From the NCBI GenBank assembly GCA_951406725.2, contig OX597833.1:63798001-63862000 (forward strand): 64,000 nt of DNA, written 5' to 3'. Made by a program: the position numbers and the translations under genes. This document shows, piece by piece, positions 1 through 14,272 of the stretch (its first letter is position 1; every line of letters begins with the position of its first letter). The notes under the pieces were generated by a model. That model was not told the DNA's origin, searched no databases, and saw nothing but the letters and a program-made list of their open reading frames with translations. The stretch is from Octopus vulgaris (lineage: Eukaryota).

Positions 1-509
1 GGTTGTTCTTGTATTTGCTATGTAGTTATCACCGTCTACAAATGCCAGTGCATGCGGTGTTAACTCGGTCCTTAATCCTGGTCGCAGTAATATCTGTCAC
101 TTCAGAACATAACCTATCATTGCTTAAATATTCTAGTGCCAGTCTATCATATATTTCACAAGAAATCACGCAAATTTCTCTCCCTTTATCTAATGGTAAG
201 TAGACAAAGTTTTCATTTTGTCAGTGTTTTATGTTGCGCCTTGGTTAAGTTTGGTATTATTTTCGATATCTTCCTCAAGATGTCGGAGATAGACTGCTTC
301 AATCTGGATAGGTTGTGGTTGAGTTCTTGGTTGGTTGGGGCTGGGTGGAGTGGGTGGTCTAGTTGGTACGTGGTAAATTTGCCGAGTGTTTTCTTGTTCT
401 TCTTTATCACTGATAGCCATTTGAGTTGGTAGGCTGTTCGACAAAAGTAGGCTTCCAGTTCGAATAAGATTTTCTCGTTCGGTTGCGGGCTCAGGTAAAT
501 TTAGGGCCC

Positions 510-510
<1 letters not shown>
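1..510 (-). mobile_element. Penelope-like element, degenerate N-terminal RT-region fragment
   Basis: Minus strand reads ...IIPNLTKAQHKTLTK / ENFVYLPLDKGREICVISCEIYDRLALEYLSND, matching the PLE 'NLT..E...L..L.....I..ADKG...V....Y....L.D' pattern; frameshifts and stops; abuts (TA)n at ~511. Confidence 0.6.
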
Positions 511-547
<37 letters not shown>

Positions 548-856
548 TGTGTGTATATATATATATATATGTACACAGACACACACACACACACAAACAC
601 ACACACACGCACGCACACATACACACGCACGCCCAGCGACAGACAGACATATTGACACACATATTTATATATACATATATGTTTATATATAGATGTATAT
701 ATTTATATATGTATACATATATGATTATACATACATATACATGCATTCATTCGAATCTTGTTATATATTCATACGTGTGTGCTGTTGCATACATGTAGGC
801 ACACACACACACACACATACATACACACGCACACACACACACCCATATACGTACAT

Positions 857-891
<35 letters not shown>

Positions 892-1514
892 CAGACATAA
901 ATGCATACATTTGTACATGCATACATGTATATATCCATGCATATATGCATATGCACATGCACGTATTTATATACACCAACACATTCATACATATGCACGT
1001 ATATATATATATATATATATATGACAAAAGCTTAAAAGGACGAACTCTACCACTCTATATAATTATCTGATTTCCTTGTAGACTTTTGGTTATGTCACTT
1101 TAATGTCGTCCATTTGCCGGCATTGTTAGTGTGTCACGTGATGTTTGAAATAAGCCAGGCATGCTCAGAAGTCATATTATTACGTCTCAGTATATAACTG
1201 ATATTTAACGCAACATTACTGCGTAAACTGTTCGATCGATATATCGTAGAACAGACCTTTTTCTTACACTTTCTATTGCAATACACAGACGCAGACGGAC
1301 AGGCCCACATCCACAAGCACACGATACCAATAACTGTGTGTATGTGTGAGTGTATATATATATATATATATATATATATGGTAAAAACGGTAAGATAACA
1401 AAAGAAAGAAAGAGACCTCAATAACAGAAGAGATGGTGTTGTGGATTTCCACTTCGGCATCTGAAACTCAGAGTTTTATCTTGACTATTGAATAATGGTA
1501 ACATATTAATTTAC

Positions 1515-1557
<43 letters not shown>

Positions 1558-1662
1558 CATACATACATACATACATACATACATACATACATACATACAT
1601 ACATACATACATACATACATACATACATACATACATACATACATACGTATGCATATATATAT

Positions 1663-1905
1663 AAGGTAGAGGTGGAAATAGCAGAGAAGTAGATCTAAGA
1701 CATTTCGATTTATGAAGAAATTAAATAAAATGATTTAAAAATTATATAAAGAAAACATTACCAGCTTCGATGATGAAACTCATCTTATCAAATAATGTCT
1801 TCTTTCTATAAATTTTAAATCATTTTAGCATTTTATTAAATTCCTTCTTAAATTGAAATGCTTTAGATTTGCTTCTGTGCTATTTTCTCCTCGTATTTTA
1901 TATAT
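1663..1905. repeat. Degenerate fold-back inverted repeat between (TACA/TA)n tracts
   Basis: aatagcagagaagtagatctaag...aaaatgatttaaaa...acatta pairs imperfectly with taatgt...ttttaaatcatttt...ttagatttgcttctgtgctatt. Confidence 0.7.
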
Positions 1906-1956
1906 AGAAGTTTGATTTGTATAGATCTCTAATCTTTAATCTTTAATCTTTTTTCA

Positions 1957-2036
<80 letters not shown>

Positions 2037-2199
2037 CGTCTGTTTGAAACGCTGGAAAGAGCGGAAGGGGTCACACAGATTGAGAGATCTATTTTTCAAA
2101 ATTTCGTACCGTTCTGTTTATGGCAGAATTTTTCTTTTAAATATAATGAATATTTAATTGAAGAAAATTTTGCTTCATACACGCGTACAAACATACTGG

Positions 2200-2490
2200 C
2201 ACTCCATCGGTTAAGACGATGACTGTTCCAGTTGATCCGATCAATGGAACTGTCTGCTTGTGGAATTAACGTGCAAGTGGCTGAGCACTCCACAGACACG
2301 TGTACCCCTAACGTAGTTCTTAGGGAGATTCTCAATGTGACACAAGTGTGACAAGGCTGGCTCTTTGAAATACATGTACTACTCATTTTTGCCAGCTGAG
2401 TGAACTAGAGCAATGTGAAATAAAGTATCTTGCTGAAGAACACAGCGCGCCGCCGTGAAACGAAATCACGTCCTTACAATCGTGAGCCAC
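2200..2490 (-). mobile_element. tRNA-derived SINE with CORE-like domain (degenerate)
   Basis: Minus strand: tRNA-like head, then gtgttcttcagcaagatactttatttcacattgctctagttcactcagctggcaaaaatgagta; same block at 20975-21137 and partly at 4620-4757. Confidence 0.65.
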
Positions 2491-3086
2491 TTACACTAAC
2501 ATGTGATGATAGTGCGTCCGTGTGTGTGGCGTTCATTTGTTTATAGAATTCTCGACAAATACACCCAATTCCGCAAAAGATAAATATCATTTAAGTAATA
2601 TGGGAATGTAGGAGGTCTACAGGAACTACTTCAAGTTTCATGCTCGTTAAGTGCAGGAATTGGACTGTCTTGTATATCTTAGCGTTCACGATTCAGAAAT
2701 CGTCCAGGCTCATGTGACACTTAGCCTGGCGCTAACCAACTACAGCAAAAACAATAACAACAACAACTATAGCTGGTAATACTAACAGCCATGTATATAC
2801 GTTAGATAATGTACTCCTAGCTGAACGGTGACAGGTTGAATATCATTGATCACGTGTCTACTTGACGAAGACTAACCTGAGATTAAGCGACAACAAATGT
2901 AAACACTGATACTACATTGGATGATATAGTCCTAGGTGCACTTAGTCTGAATAAAAGACATGGTCACGATGCTATATAACATTGAATATTGCAGTCCTAC
3001 TTGTATTTATACCTGAATCATTTATCATAGGTCTAATTGATTAGGACTAGCCTGAGGATGGGGAACAACCATTTTATCATCATCAA

Positions 3087-3121
<35 letters not shown>

Positions 3122-3698
3122 CCACTTCAACAACAACAACAGCATCAGCAGTAGCTGTAATATCATCGTAAATTCTTCTTGTACACTGCTCTTTTTATTT
3201 CAAACGCATATTATTCGTTCTTTCCTGACATTTGGAAAAGTTGCATTTGAAAAAAAACAGAAAAAAAAAAGAACAGTAAAAAAAATTCTTAAAAGGAAGA
3301 TAAAACTAAAATAACAAAAAAAATCAAAAAAACAAAATGGAATTGCGATAAATCAACCGCTTTCTTTGCCTTGTTTGAAATATAACTCAATTGTTTGAAC
3401 CGTTCTTTCTACTAGATCTGTCCGACTGTCTGTCTGCCTGTCTGTCTGTCTCTCCCTTAACATGTCTGCCTCTATGCCTGTCCACCTGTCTCTCTCTCTC
3501 TCCCTCTCTCTCCGTCTTCATATTCTCTCTCTGTCTCTCATTGTTATCCCGTTTTTTTCTCCCTCTTCTTTTTCGTTTTCCTCTACTGATCTCATTTTTC
3601 ATTTATAGCAAATGATTAGAGAAGATTCTTAAATTATTGACCGCTTCCCCCCAGCCGCCTTCCCTTCTATTTCCCTTCTCTTTATTCTCATTTAGGTG

Positions 3699-3733
<35 letters not shown>

Positions 3734-3833
3734 CACACACATATATATATACAAATATATATATGTATATATATATATTTATATATATAGATGTGTATGT
3801 ATGTATATATGTATTTGCACATGTATATGCATT

Positions 3834-3873
<40 letters not shown>

Positions 3874-3922
3874 TGTGTGTGTGTGTATGCATATATGTAT
3901 ATGCACATGTATATGTATATGC

Positions 3923-4011
<89 letters not shown>

Positions 4012-4619
4012 CGTGTGTAAAGTGGGTGTACATGTGTTTATTTATTTATTTGTTATTTATTATTATTTTATTTTATCTTTCACACAGATAACAGATGAGT
4101 TGGAATTTGCCGTCCATGGGATGAGAAATATAAAGAAAAAGAAAACAAAAAAACAAAAACCGAAAAGAAACCAACAAAAAAAAACTACAACAACAACAAC
4201 AACAACAACAATAGTACTATTAGTTGTATCAACTAAAGGGAGAAAAAAATAATATAAATTAAATATAAAATAAAATCTGATAAAAAAGAAAAAATTTGGC
4301 TTTTTTTTTTTTTTTACCCTTTTCGCCTTTCTTGGAAATGTCAAAAAAATGACCAAAGGAAAACAGATGATTGGTTAATATCTTAAAAGTCTGTGGTGTG
4401 TGGGGGTGGGGATGGGGTGGGTTTGGTTTGAGTATGGGTTAGGGTTTTGAGTATGTATGTGTGCAGAAGGTTGCTGTGAGTGAGGCTACAGTTTCGATAA
4501 AAATATATACTTGCTGTTATTTTCGTAACGTCTGTTTCAAGTTTCTGTGTTCGAATTCCGACCGATACGACTTTACATTAATCCTTGTGGGTTTAATAGA
4601 ATTTGGTAAAGCAAAGCAA

Positions 4620-4757
4620 AGCAAAGCCCCTCACCGATTCATACAGACTCATAAGGGCTGGTTCTCCGGTTTCCATGGCGTGTACATTCCCCACCCGGAT
4701 AGGAACGCCAGTCCATTGTAGGTTACTCGTGTTTGCCAGCTGAGTAGACTGAATCAG
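4620..4757 (-). mobile_element. SINE 3' fragment (CORE/V-domain-like)
   Basis: Minus: cagctggcaaacacgagtaacctacaatggactggcgttcctatcc resembles the V-domain 'gatggactggcgtcccgtccagg'. Confidence 0.5.
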
Positions 4758-4949
4758 TAAACAAATAACCAGTTGCACAAAGGAAATAAAATCTAGAGGT
4801 AGATGTTAGCGACTGTCAAGGAAAAGGGGAGATAATTTCTAAAAATTAAAAAGTAGTCACTCAGAAGGTTATTGTGATATGTTTAAGGGAAACTGGAATA
4901 TTTGTTTTTATACTGCAAGAACAATTTGTTTTAATTATTTTATTCTTTT

Positions 4950-5302
4950 ATCTACTTGAATAATTTGACTGCGGCCATGCTGGAGCACCGCCTTTAGTCG
5001 AACTGATCGATCACAGGACTTATTCTTTGTAAGTCGTGTATTTATGCTATCCGTCTCTTTTTCCGAACTGCTAAGCTACGGGGACGTAAATACACCACCG
5101 GGGGTTGTCAAGCGATGGTGGTGGTGGTGGTGATGGACAGGGCGACAAACACAGACACAAATATATGACGGGTTTATTTCAGTTTCCGTCTACTAAATCC
5201 ACTCACAAGGTTTTGGTCGGCCCGAGGCTATAGTAGAGGACACTTGCCCAAGGTACCATGCATTGGAACTGAACCAGGAACCATGTGGTTGGGAATCAAG
5301 CT
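4950..5302 (-). mobile_element. SINE family A (tRNA head, Nin/Deu-like central domain), head partly lost
   Basis: Aligns by eye with copies at 10893, 21714, 57655 (gactgcggccatgctggagcaccgcc...cagtttccgtctac...gacacttgcccaagg...gaaccatgtggtt). Confidence 0.85.
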
Positions 5303-5637
5303 ATAGAACTACATTATGTAAAAGCTTAAATTATTTATTCAAAATTGCGGTCATAGAGAATTTTAGAATCGTTACACATCAGTGGCGTCGAGCTGGGAGA
5401 ATTGCATGCAATGACAATTGCCAAACTCTCTTAAAAATAGAGAAAAATGATAGAACCTGCCCCAGCCTATACAAATTTGTGCAAATCAATGGCCAGTCTC
5501 GACAAATGATGGCCCACCTTCTCTAATTCAAACTCCTCATTGAGAGGTATGATTCCTCCGCCTCCCATCCTCGTTTTCCTCTCTTTCCTGCTTCTAGCTA
5601 CTCTCTAGAGTATGAGAAACACGATTGTGCTACATGG

Positions 5638-5867
5638 GCGGCGAGCTGGCCAAACCGTTAGCACGCCGGGCGAAATGCGTAGCCGTATTTCGTCTGCCGT
5701 TACGTTCTAAGTTCAAATTCCGCCGAGGTCGACTTTGCCTTTCATCCTTTCGGTGTCGATAAATTAAGTACCAGTTACGCACTGGGGTCGATATTATCGA
5801 CTTAATCCGTTTGTCTGTCCTTGTTTGTCCACTCTGTTTTTAGCCCCTTGTGGGTAGTAAAGAAACA
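5638..5867 (+). mobile_element. SINE family B (tRNA-like head, Meta-like domain), full length with 15-bp TSD
   Basis: ggcggcgagctggc...gttcaaattccgccgaggtcgactttgcctttcatcctttcgg...gtgggtagtaaagaaa; TSD gattgtgctacatgg at 5623-5637 and 5868-5882. Confidence 0.92.
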
Positions 5868-6780
5868 GATTGTGCTACATGGTTAACATCTGTAGACGCT
5901 CACACAATTTCTGAGGCGGATGTCAGATGCAAAGATACGTTTACAAGTCGGGCCAAAGAACACCGCTTGTTGGGATAAGAGCGGGTCCTCTTCTGCGTTT
6001 CTCATGGTTTGCCCTGAGGCGCTACAACTGGCGATGTAGGATTAAAAGGCGTTCAAACGACGATCATCTTGTCTCCCTTTTTCAAGAAGATTGCATCTAG
6101 AATTATTTAAACAACCTTCTTCTTATAATTCAAAAAACAAGAAACGATGTGATAAGCATGCTGCCGATATTTCTATCTCGTCGAATGACGACAGAGAAGA
6201 GCTGTGGAAAATACATTAACCCCAATAGATCACTGCTGTTATTTCAGATTAGAAACCATGACTCAGGGATGTCTTAAAAATCCAGTATCAAGACAAAACC
6301 AGTAGTTTAAATATGTTTACATATTTATGAAAGTCTATAATTAAATATATGTCTTTCCAGTAAAGATACCTTGTCACATGCGATAGTATCCCCACCGCAA
6401 CAGAGAGGTTACCTCAATTGGTGCAAATTAACTGAGTTAGATCGAATATGAAACTTTGCTGTTAACGCACAAATACATGGTGGATAATATGGCGTCGCTT
6501 CCGGTTATAGCCAGATGTATTCATAATTAGATGACGAAAAGAGAAAGGCCCTCTAACAAAGCTGCGCTGTTGAATGGAGAGGTTACCGTGGATACGTACA
6601 CACATACATATGTACATGCATACATACGTTCATATATACATACATACATGCATGTATGCATGCATATATACATGTATACGAATATATGTACATATATATG
6701 TTATATATATATTTATACAGGTAGATAGATATGTATCTATATCTATAAATACTTTTGTGTATATATGTATGTGTATGTGC

Positions 6781-6840
<60 letters not shown>

Positions 6841-6925
6841 ATATGGTTATATGGAGAAGAAAGCATACATAGAAACTCACACACACACACATATATATGT
6901 GGGTGTGTATATATATATATATGTT

Positions 6926-6997
<72 letters not shown>

Positions 6998-7020
6998 GAC
7001 TTATATATATGTATATATGA

Positions 7021-7057
<37 letters not shown>

Positions 7058-7622
7058 CATATATATATATAAATATACATATACATACATACATATATAC
7101 ATACATACATATATATATATATACACATACATATAACATGGCTACAAGCTCACTTCACATGCTCAGTTCATAATTCACCACGTTTCCCAGTATTACATGC
7201 ATTAAATTTCAACAATGCCCTCGTACATGTTGAAGAATTGAAGCAGCTGCGACTTAACTATTCATTTCCTCCCAAACACAAGCCATTAATCTACTTAACC
7301 CACACAATTTGGCTTGATTATTCATTTTCTGAACAGCAAATATCCTAGTTATGCTTTTATGCTTTGCCTTCCTTGCTGTGTTGCTGAGTATTTCTTGTAG
7401 AGCTATAATAAATATGGCGGTTATCGCTTAGATTCTCAATCAACTCTTTCCATTAATAATGCTTTATTCATGCGGGCCCGTTTTAATGTATACATAAACG
7501 TACACACAAACATGTATAAGATTAATGCCCATGCATTATGAATTTGTGTGCAGATCTATTCATATTTCTATACATTTATACATACATGCATATATATATA
7601 TGTTAGATACACACGTACGTAC

Positions 7623-8015
<393 letters not shown>

Positions 8016-8375
8016 TCTGAATGTTCATTTATATATGCAAGTATAAATAATAATCACATTATGCACATATGTATATACACTTATAAAATGATTATTGGTG
8101 CCGGTCCGATGCGTTCTGAGGCAAATTTCGCCTTGGTATTTAAAAAAATAATTCCTCTCCAACACGTCGGCTTAATGTGGCCGCTAATACAAGACTTCGA
8201 AACGTCAGAATAGGTCAGAATATGTGTATACGCATATGTGTGTGTCCTTGCATACATACAGATCAAATACATCGCAGGAATTGTAAGAATCTGTTAAACT
8301 TTCCATATGTTTATCATCTAGATATATATATATGAGCATGTCTAGATATGCAACTATATGCATGAGAACACATAC

Positions 8376-8574
8376 ACCATCATCATTGTTCGACCGTGGT
8401 CGAGACAATGGAATTTACCATGCTACGCCAGACTTCACGGTCCATCATGGCATTACGGTCCTGTTGCTGGATACCTGTATCCCTGGAGATTACATCAGGG
8501 TAGGAGAGTGTGCGCCCTCTGGTATCGCGAGCAGATGGCTTCCAGAGGAGAAGAGTAGAAATGACCTCTTTTTT
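8376..8574 (-). mobile_element. RTE-clade LINE 3' fragment
   Basis: ORF 8383-8580: LLLWKPSARDTRGRTLSYPDVISRDTG...AMMDREVWRSMV is a typical RTE C-terminus; short (TGA)n tail; near-TSD acacatacacc / acacatacatc. Confidence 0.8.
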
Positions 8575-8603
8575 ACACATACATCAAACATTCCAATCTG
8601 CAC

Positions 8604-9495
8604 ATACATACATACATACATACATACATACATACATACATACATACGTTCATACATACATACATACATACATACATACAGACATACATACAGACATACA
8701 TACATGCATACATACATACATACATACATACATGCATGCATACATACATACATACATACATACATACATACATACATACATACATACATACATACATACA
8801 TGCATGCATGCATACATACATACATACATACATACATGAATACATGCATGCATACATACATACATATGTACATACATACATACATACATACATACATGCA
8901 TACATACATACATACATGCATGCATACATACATACATACATACATACATACATACATACATACATACATACATACATACATACATACATACATACATGCA
9001 TACATACATACATACATACATACATAATACATACATACATACATACATACATACATACATACAGACATACATACAGACATACATACATACATACATACAT
9101 ACATACAGACATACATACAGACATACATACATACATACATACATACATACATACATACATACATACATACATGCATACATACATGCATGCATGCATACAT
9201 ACATACATACATACATACATGAATACATGCATGCATACATACATACATATGTACATACATACATACATACATGCATACATACATACATACATGCATGCAT
9301 ACATACATACATACATACATACATACATACATACATACATACATACATACATGCATACATACATACATGCATACATGCATACATACATACATACATACAT
9401 ACATAATACATACATACATACATACATGCATACATACATACATACATACATACATACATACATACATACATACATACATACATGCATACATACAT
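8604..9495. repeat. (TACA)n array with ~380-bp higher-order duplication
   Basis: Variant string catgaatacatgcatgcatac...catatgtac recurs at ~8838 and ~9221; taatac at ~9025 and ~9404. Confidence 0.9.
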
Positions 9496-9797
9496 ATCCT
9501 CTTGTTGATGATGAAATTCCAATGAAGGCGCCTTGGATCAATCTTAGAAACCGACTCTTTCAGTATTGGCAAGAAATCTGGAAACAAAACTGAATAATGA
9601 CATACATAGATATATGCATGTTTGCTTACATACATAAATACTGATAAAAATATGTGTATCTATGTATCTATCTATCTCTATACATATGTATATGTGTATA
9701 TATACATTATGTTTCTGTATATGTTATCAAATGTTCGAGATGTGACATGTTAGGTGGATGACCTTAAATTTGTTGTTTGTTCTACAACCAATGTTTG

Positions 9798-9850
<53 letters not shown>

Positions 9851-9868
9851 AAAGACGGAGTACGGTGC

Positions 9869-9910
<42 letters not shown>

Positions 9911-9912
9911 CG

Positions 9913-10090
9913 TGTGTGTTTGTCCGCTACCACCGCTTGACAACCGCTATTGGTGTGTTTACGTTCCCGTAAATTAGCAGTTTGGCAAAATAGACCAATA
10001 GAATAAGTGCCAGGCTGGGGTTGATTCATTCGACTAAAATTTTTGAAGGCGGTGCCCCAGCATGGTTGCAATCGAATGAGTGAAAAAAAG
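9913..10090 (+). mobile_element. SINE family A 3' half (diverged)
   Basis: cgcttgacaacc...ggtgtgtttacgttcccgtaa...aaggcggtgccccagcatgg. Confidence 0.75.
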
Positions 10091-10154
10091 GCAAAAGAAT
10101 ATATATATATGTTTATTCTATGTATATATATGCATACATGTATATATATATATA

Positions 10155-10290
<136 letters not shown>

Positions 10291-10689
10291 GCAAAACGCT
10301 TTCATTCGAGAGTTTACTCTAAAGCTCACTCCTTTAAGATAACCAGCATGTAGAGGTTATAGGATATGATTAAGTATAAGCGGTCGTGTTATTCAGGTCA
10401 TATTTCTGAAATCCAAAATGTCTGCCGATTTAATATAACTATTAACAAGGAGTTTAGAGTGGGGGAATTGTTTGTTACATAATTTTACAATTGTTTCACT
10501 GGCATTTAGACTGAAGATTATTACTCTATAGTTATATAATATATGCAGCTAGCGTCTCAATGTATATCATTATAACGATACAATGGAATGTCATCTCATC
10601 AGAAAGCAGTACGTAAATAATTGCCTACAGTAAACATGGATTATCCAGAATTCATATCTACAGCCACTGCACATTATTCTTTCTTTCAT

Positions 10690-10775
<86 letters not shown>

Positions 10776-10830
10776 CATCTACCTATCTGTCTGTCTGCCT
10801 GTCTCTGTCTCTGTCTGTCTCTGTCTCTCT

Positions 10831-10892
<62 letters not shown>

Positions 10893-10894
<2 letters not shown>

Positions 10895-11321
10895 CTCTTT
10901 TACTCTTTTACTCTTTTACTCTTTTACTTGTTTCAGTCATTTGACTGCGGCCATGCTGGAGCACCGCCTTTAATCGAGCAACTCGAACCCGGGACTTATT
11001 CTTTTGTAAGCCCAGTACTTATTCTATCAGTCTCTTTTGCCGAACCGCTAAGTGACGGGGACGTAAACACACCAGCACCGGTTGTCAAGCAATTCTAGGG
11101 GGACAAACACAGACACACAAACACACACACACATACATATATATATATACATATATACGACAGGCTTCTTTCAGTTTCCGTCTACCAAATCCACTCACAA
11201 GGCATTGGTCGGCCCGAGGCTATAGTAGAAGACACCTGCCCAAGATGCCACGCGGTGGGACTGAACCCGGAACCATGTGGTTGGTTAGCAAGCTACTTAC
11301 CACACAGCCACTCCTGCGCCT
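10893..11321 (-). mobile_element. SINE family A, full length
   Basis: Minus: aggcgcaggagtggctgtgtggtaag (A box) ...ggttccgggttcagtccc (B box) ...internal (TA/TG)n... (gagtaaaa)n tail. Confidence 0.92.
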
Positions 11322-11330
11322 GTCTGTCTT

Positions 11331-11402
<72 letters not shown>

Positions 11403-11689
11403 CACAGACAGGTAGACAGATATATATATATATGTATGAAGTAGAAGGACAGTCAACCACTGATGAAGGTTGTTTTTTTTTTCATGTTACTTGTCTTATT
11501 TTCCATTCGTTTTCTTTTTTGTTTTCGAGTACCAAACGTTATTTTCGTATTTCACGTTTGTTTACGTCTTTGTGAAGTTCTGTACTGACATATGCATAGC
11601 TCTATACATATATACGTACGTATATACACATGTGTGTCTATGAATGCACCCCCCCCCCCCCACACATATATATATATATATATATATAT

Positions 11690-11851
11690 CTTATTATCTA
11701 TCTGTCTACCTATCTACTTATATGTCTATCTATATATAAATTTACCTATCAATCTAAAGATATATATATATATATATATATCTTTAGATTGATAGGTAAA
11801 TTTATATATATATAAACATATAAGTAGATAGGTAGACAGATAGATAATAAG
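11690..11851. repeat. Near-perfect palindrome centred on (TA)n
   Basis: cttattatctatctgtctacctatctacttatatg...aaatttacctatcaatctaaaga-(ta)n-tctttagattgataggtaaattt...catataagtagataggtagacagatagataataag. Confidence 0.92.
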
Positions 11852-12114
11852 ATAGATAGTTAAATAGATAAGTTGATAGACAGATAGATAGATAGATAAA
11901 CACATAGATTGATGAACTTGTTGAAAGGGAAAAAAGGTGCATAGGTGATTAGATCGATAGATCAAATCGAACTTCATAGAATTCTTTGAAAATGTAAATC
12001 AAACTGCATTGAATTTTTTCCAAAAGATTATGTAACAGATGATGTACGCCATTGAAAAGTAACAAAGTTGCGTATAAACGCCATAAATATGTATAAAAGA
12101 GATATTATCGTTTA

Positions 12115-12372
12115 TCTTTTACTTGTTTCGATCATTGGACTGCGGCCATGATGGGGCACTGCCTGGGTGAATTTTAGTCGAACGAATCGACTTCTGTTTT
12201 ATAAAGCCTGGTTTATTCTATCGTTGTTTTTTAAATACAGAAATGTCATGTTAAGGGGACGTAAACACAATAGTACCGGTTATCAAGCAGTGGTGGTGGT
12301 AGGGGGGGGCAAAGACAGACACAAAGACACACACACACATGCATATGCGTAAACACACATACACGCACACAG

Positions 12373-12406
<34 letters not shown>

Positions 12407-12452
12407 TGTTTTTTCAGTTTTGCCGTTGCCAAATCGACTCACCAGGCTTTGG
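12115..12452 (-). mobile_element. SINE family A, diverged, lacks head
   Basis: ttttacttgtttcgatcattggactgcggccatg...ggggacgtaaacac...cagttttgccgttgccaaatcgactcacc. Confidence 0.75.
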
Positions 12453-12479
12453 GAAACAAATTCATGTAGAAGATATATT

Positions 12480-12846
12480 CTTTTCTATTCTAGGCACAAT
12501 ATCCGAATTTGGGAGGGTGGGCACTTGATTAGATCGACCCCAGTGCGTAACTGGTATTCAATTTATCGGCCCCAAAAGGATGAAAGGCAAAGTCGACCTC
12601 GGCGGAATTTGAACTCTGAACCTAAGACAGAAGGGGCTAAGCATAGAGTGGACAAACAAGGACAGACATAGGTATTAAGTCGATAACATCGACCCCAGTG
12701 CGTAACTGGTACTTAATTTAACAAATCCCGAAATGATCAAAGGCAAAGTCAACCTCGGCGGAATTCGAACTCAGAACGTAGCGGCAGACGAAATACCGTT
12801 AAATATTTCGCCTGGTGTGCTAACTTTTCTGACAGCTCGTCGCCTT
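12480..12846 (-). mobile_element. Two tandem SINE family B copies
   Basis: Two occurrences of tcgaccccagtgcgtaactggta...aaaggcaaagtcracctcggcggaatt; head at ~12846. Confidence 0.88.
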
Positions 12847-13967
12847 ACGTAGACTAATATATTAAAATACTAATGATGCATAATTCATTTTTATCGGTAG
12901 ATTTCCATTTAGATAAAGCTATGAATAATTACAAGTAAACATTGGTTTAAAAAGCCCTTGAGTAGAATAAGTTGAAAGTTATCTGTAGGAATCGAACCTA
13001 CTGTAAACATGACGGATACTCTACCACTGGACCAAAACAGTTCTAATTTCTCACCTGCGTCAACTGTATATTGTTAACGTCATTAGATTTTTAGGAAGTG
13101 CGGTCCTTTTCTATCGAAAGCCTTTTTTTCAATTCTCTATTTACATGTTATTATTTATAGCTGTATCTACTTTGAGTTCAGCTGTCAATCACGCATTGTT
13201 TCACGTTCTCTCGAGTTTTCTAAACTCATATGGCGTAAACTAATAATCTTTTCTCCTATAGTCACAAGGCCTGAGCTTTGCTGAGAGGGAGATAGCCGAT
13301 TATATCAACCCCAGGGCTCTGCCTTTCTGTTCTAAAATCAAATAATGTTGATTGACCCTCCTCCTCCCCAGCCTTGTGCCAAAGTTTGCGACCCACATTC
13401 GATAATCCAGACCTTTTAAACAATAAAGATAATGAAGTTAGAATTGGAACCTGTCTTTAAAGCCCCTTAGACAAGCGGACATGTTTCTACCTTGTTAGAT
13501 TTTGTTAGTTAGATATATTTACCTCAGCTGACCGAATTTATAAATTGCAAAGGATTATAGAAAAGCACTGAAAATGTATCTTGTCTTTAAAAAACCATTT
13601 ATGAGAGCTGACATGTTTCTACCTTGTTGCACGTCATCAGTGAATCATGCTTATTTCAGTTGGACACACTTAGACGTAGAATAAACGGAGCGACACAGAT
13701 TATGCATAGTTATTATATCATTGGAATTTGCTTGCTGCTTGTCAACTTTAAATGTCCCTTTGTGAGCTTTTCGGGGATATTGAAAAGTAAGTGTCAATCT
13801 TTAGAGGTTTGAGATTCACTGAATAAGATGTGAGAAACTACCGTATATATATATATATGCGTGTGTGTGTGTGTGTGTGTGTGTGAGTGTGTTTTGTGTG
13901 TGTATATATATATATTTACATATTTGCATCTGTGTGCGTGTGTATATCAATATCTGTACACACACAA

Positions 13968-14022
<55 letters not shown>

Positions 14023-14223
14023 TACATACATACGTATATATGCACGCGTTTGTATGGTTACATAAACGGTTATGCCTGTTTATAAATATATATAAACTTA
14101 TACATATATATGCTTATACGTTTATATAAGCATATTTGTAAAAGTAACCATATGCATATACATACACACAGACATACACATATATTGTATGTGTTGAATT
14201 TATATATATATGTATGTATGTAC

Positions 14224-14272
<49 letters not shown>

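Larger units (their letters stand above)
8259..9600 (+). mobile_element. 3' end of RLE-type (R4/NeSL-like) non-LTR retrotransposon associated with (TACA)n, interrupted by an RTE fragment and an expanded (TACA)n
   Basis: 8259-8321 encodes QIKYIAGIVRIC*TFHMFII*, homologous to QIQSITGTVKMCKTFQKFII* at 53349-53482; UTR blocks gcatgtctagatatgcaacta and gatgaaattccaatgaagg...aactgaataatgacatac shared with 53143-53345 (minus). Confidence 0.75.

Noticed and set aside
4415-4450. Telomere-like gggttagggtt
   Set aside because: Single TTAGGG in a G/T-rich patch, not an array
11240-11321. tRNA genes at SINE heads (also 22020-22100, 48476-48540, 20524-20590)
   Set aside because: A/B boxes are present but there is no full cloverleaf, and each continues into a SINE or PLE body
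11455-11475. CTGATGA after caacca (also 21146-21160 minus and 24901)
   Set aside because: No correctly spaced GAAA or stem III
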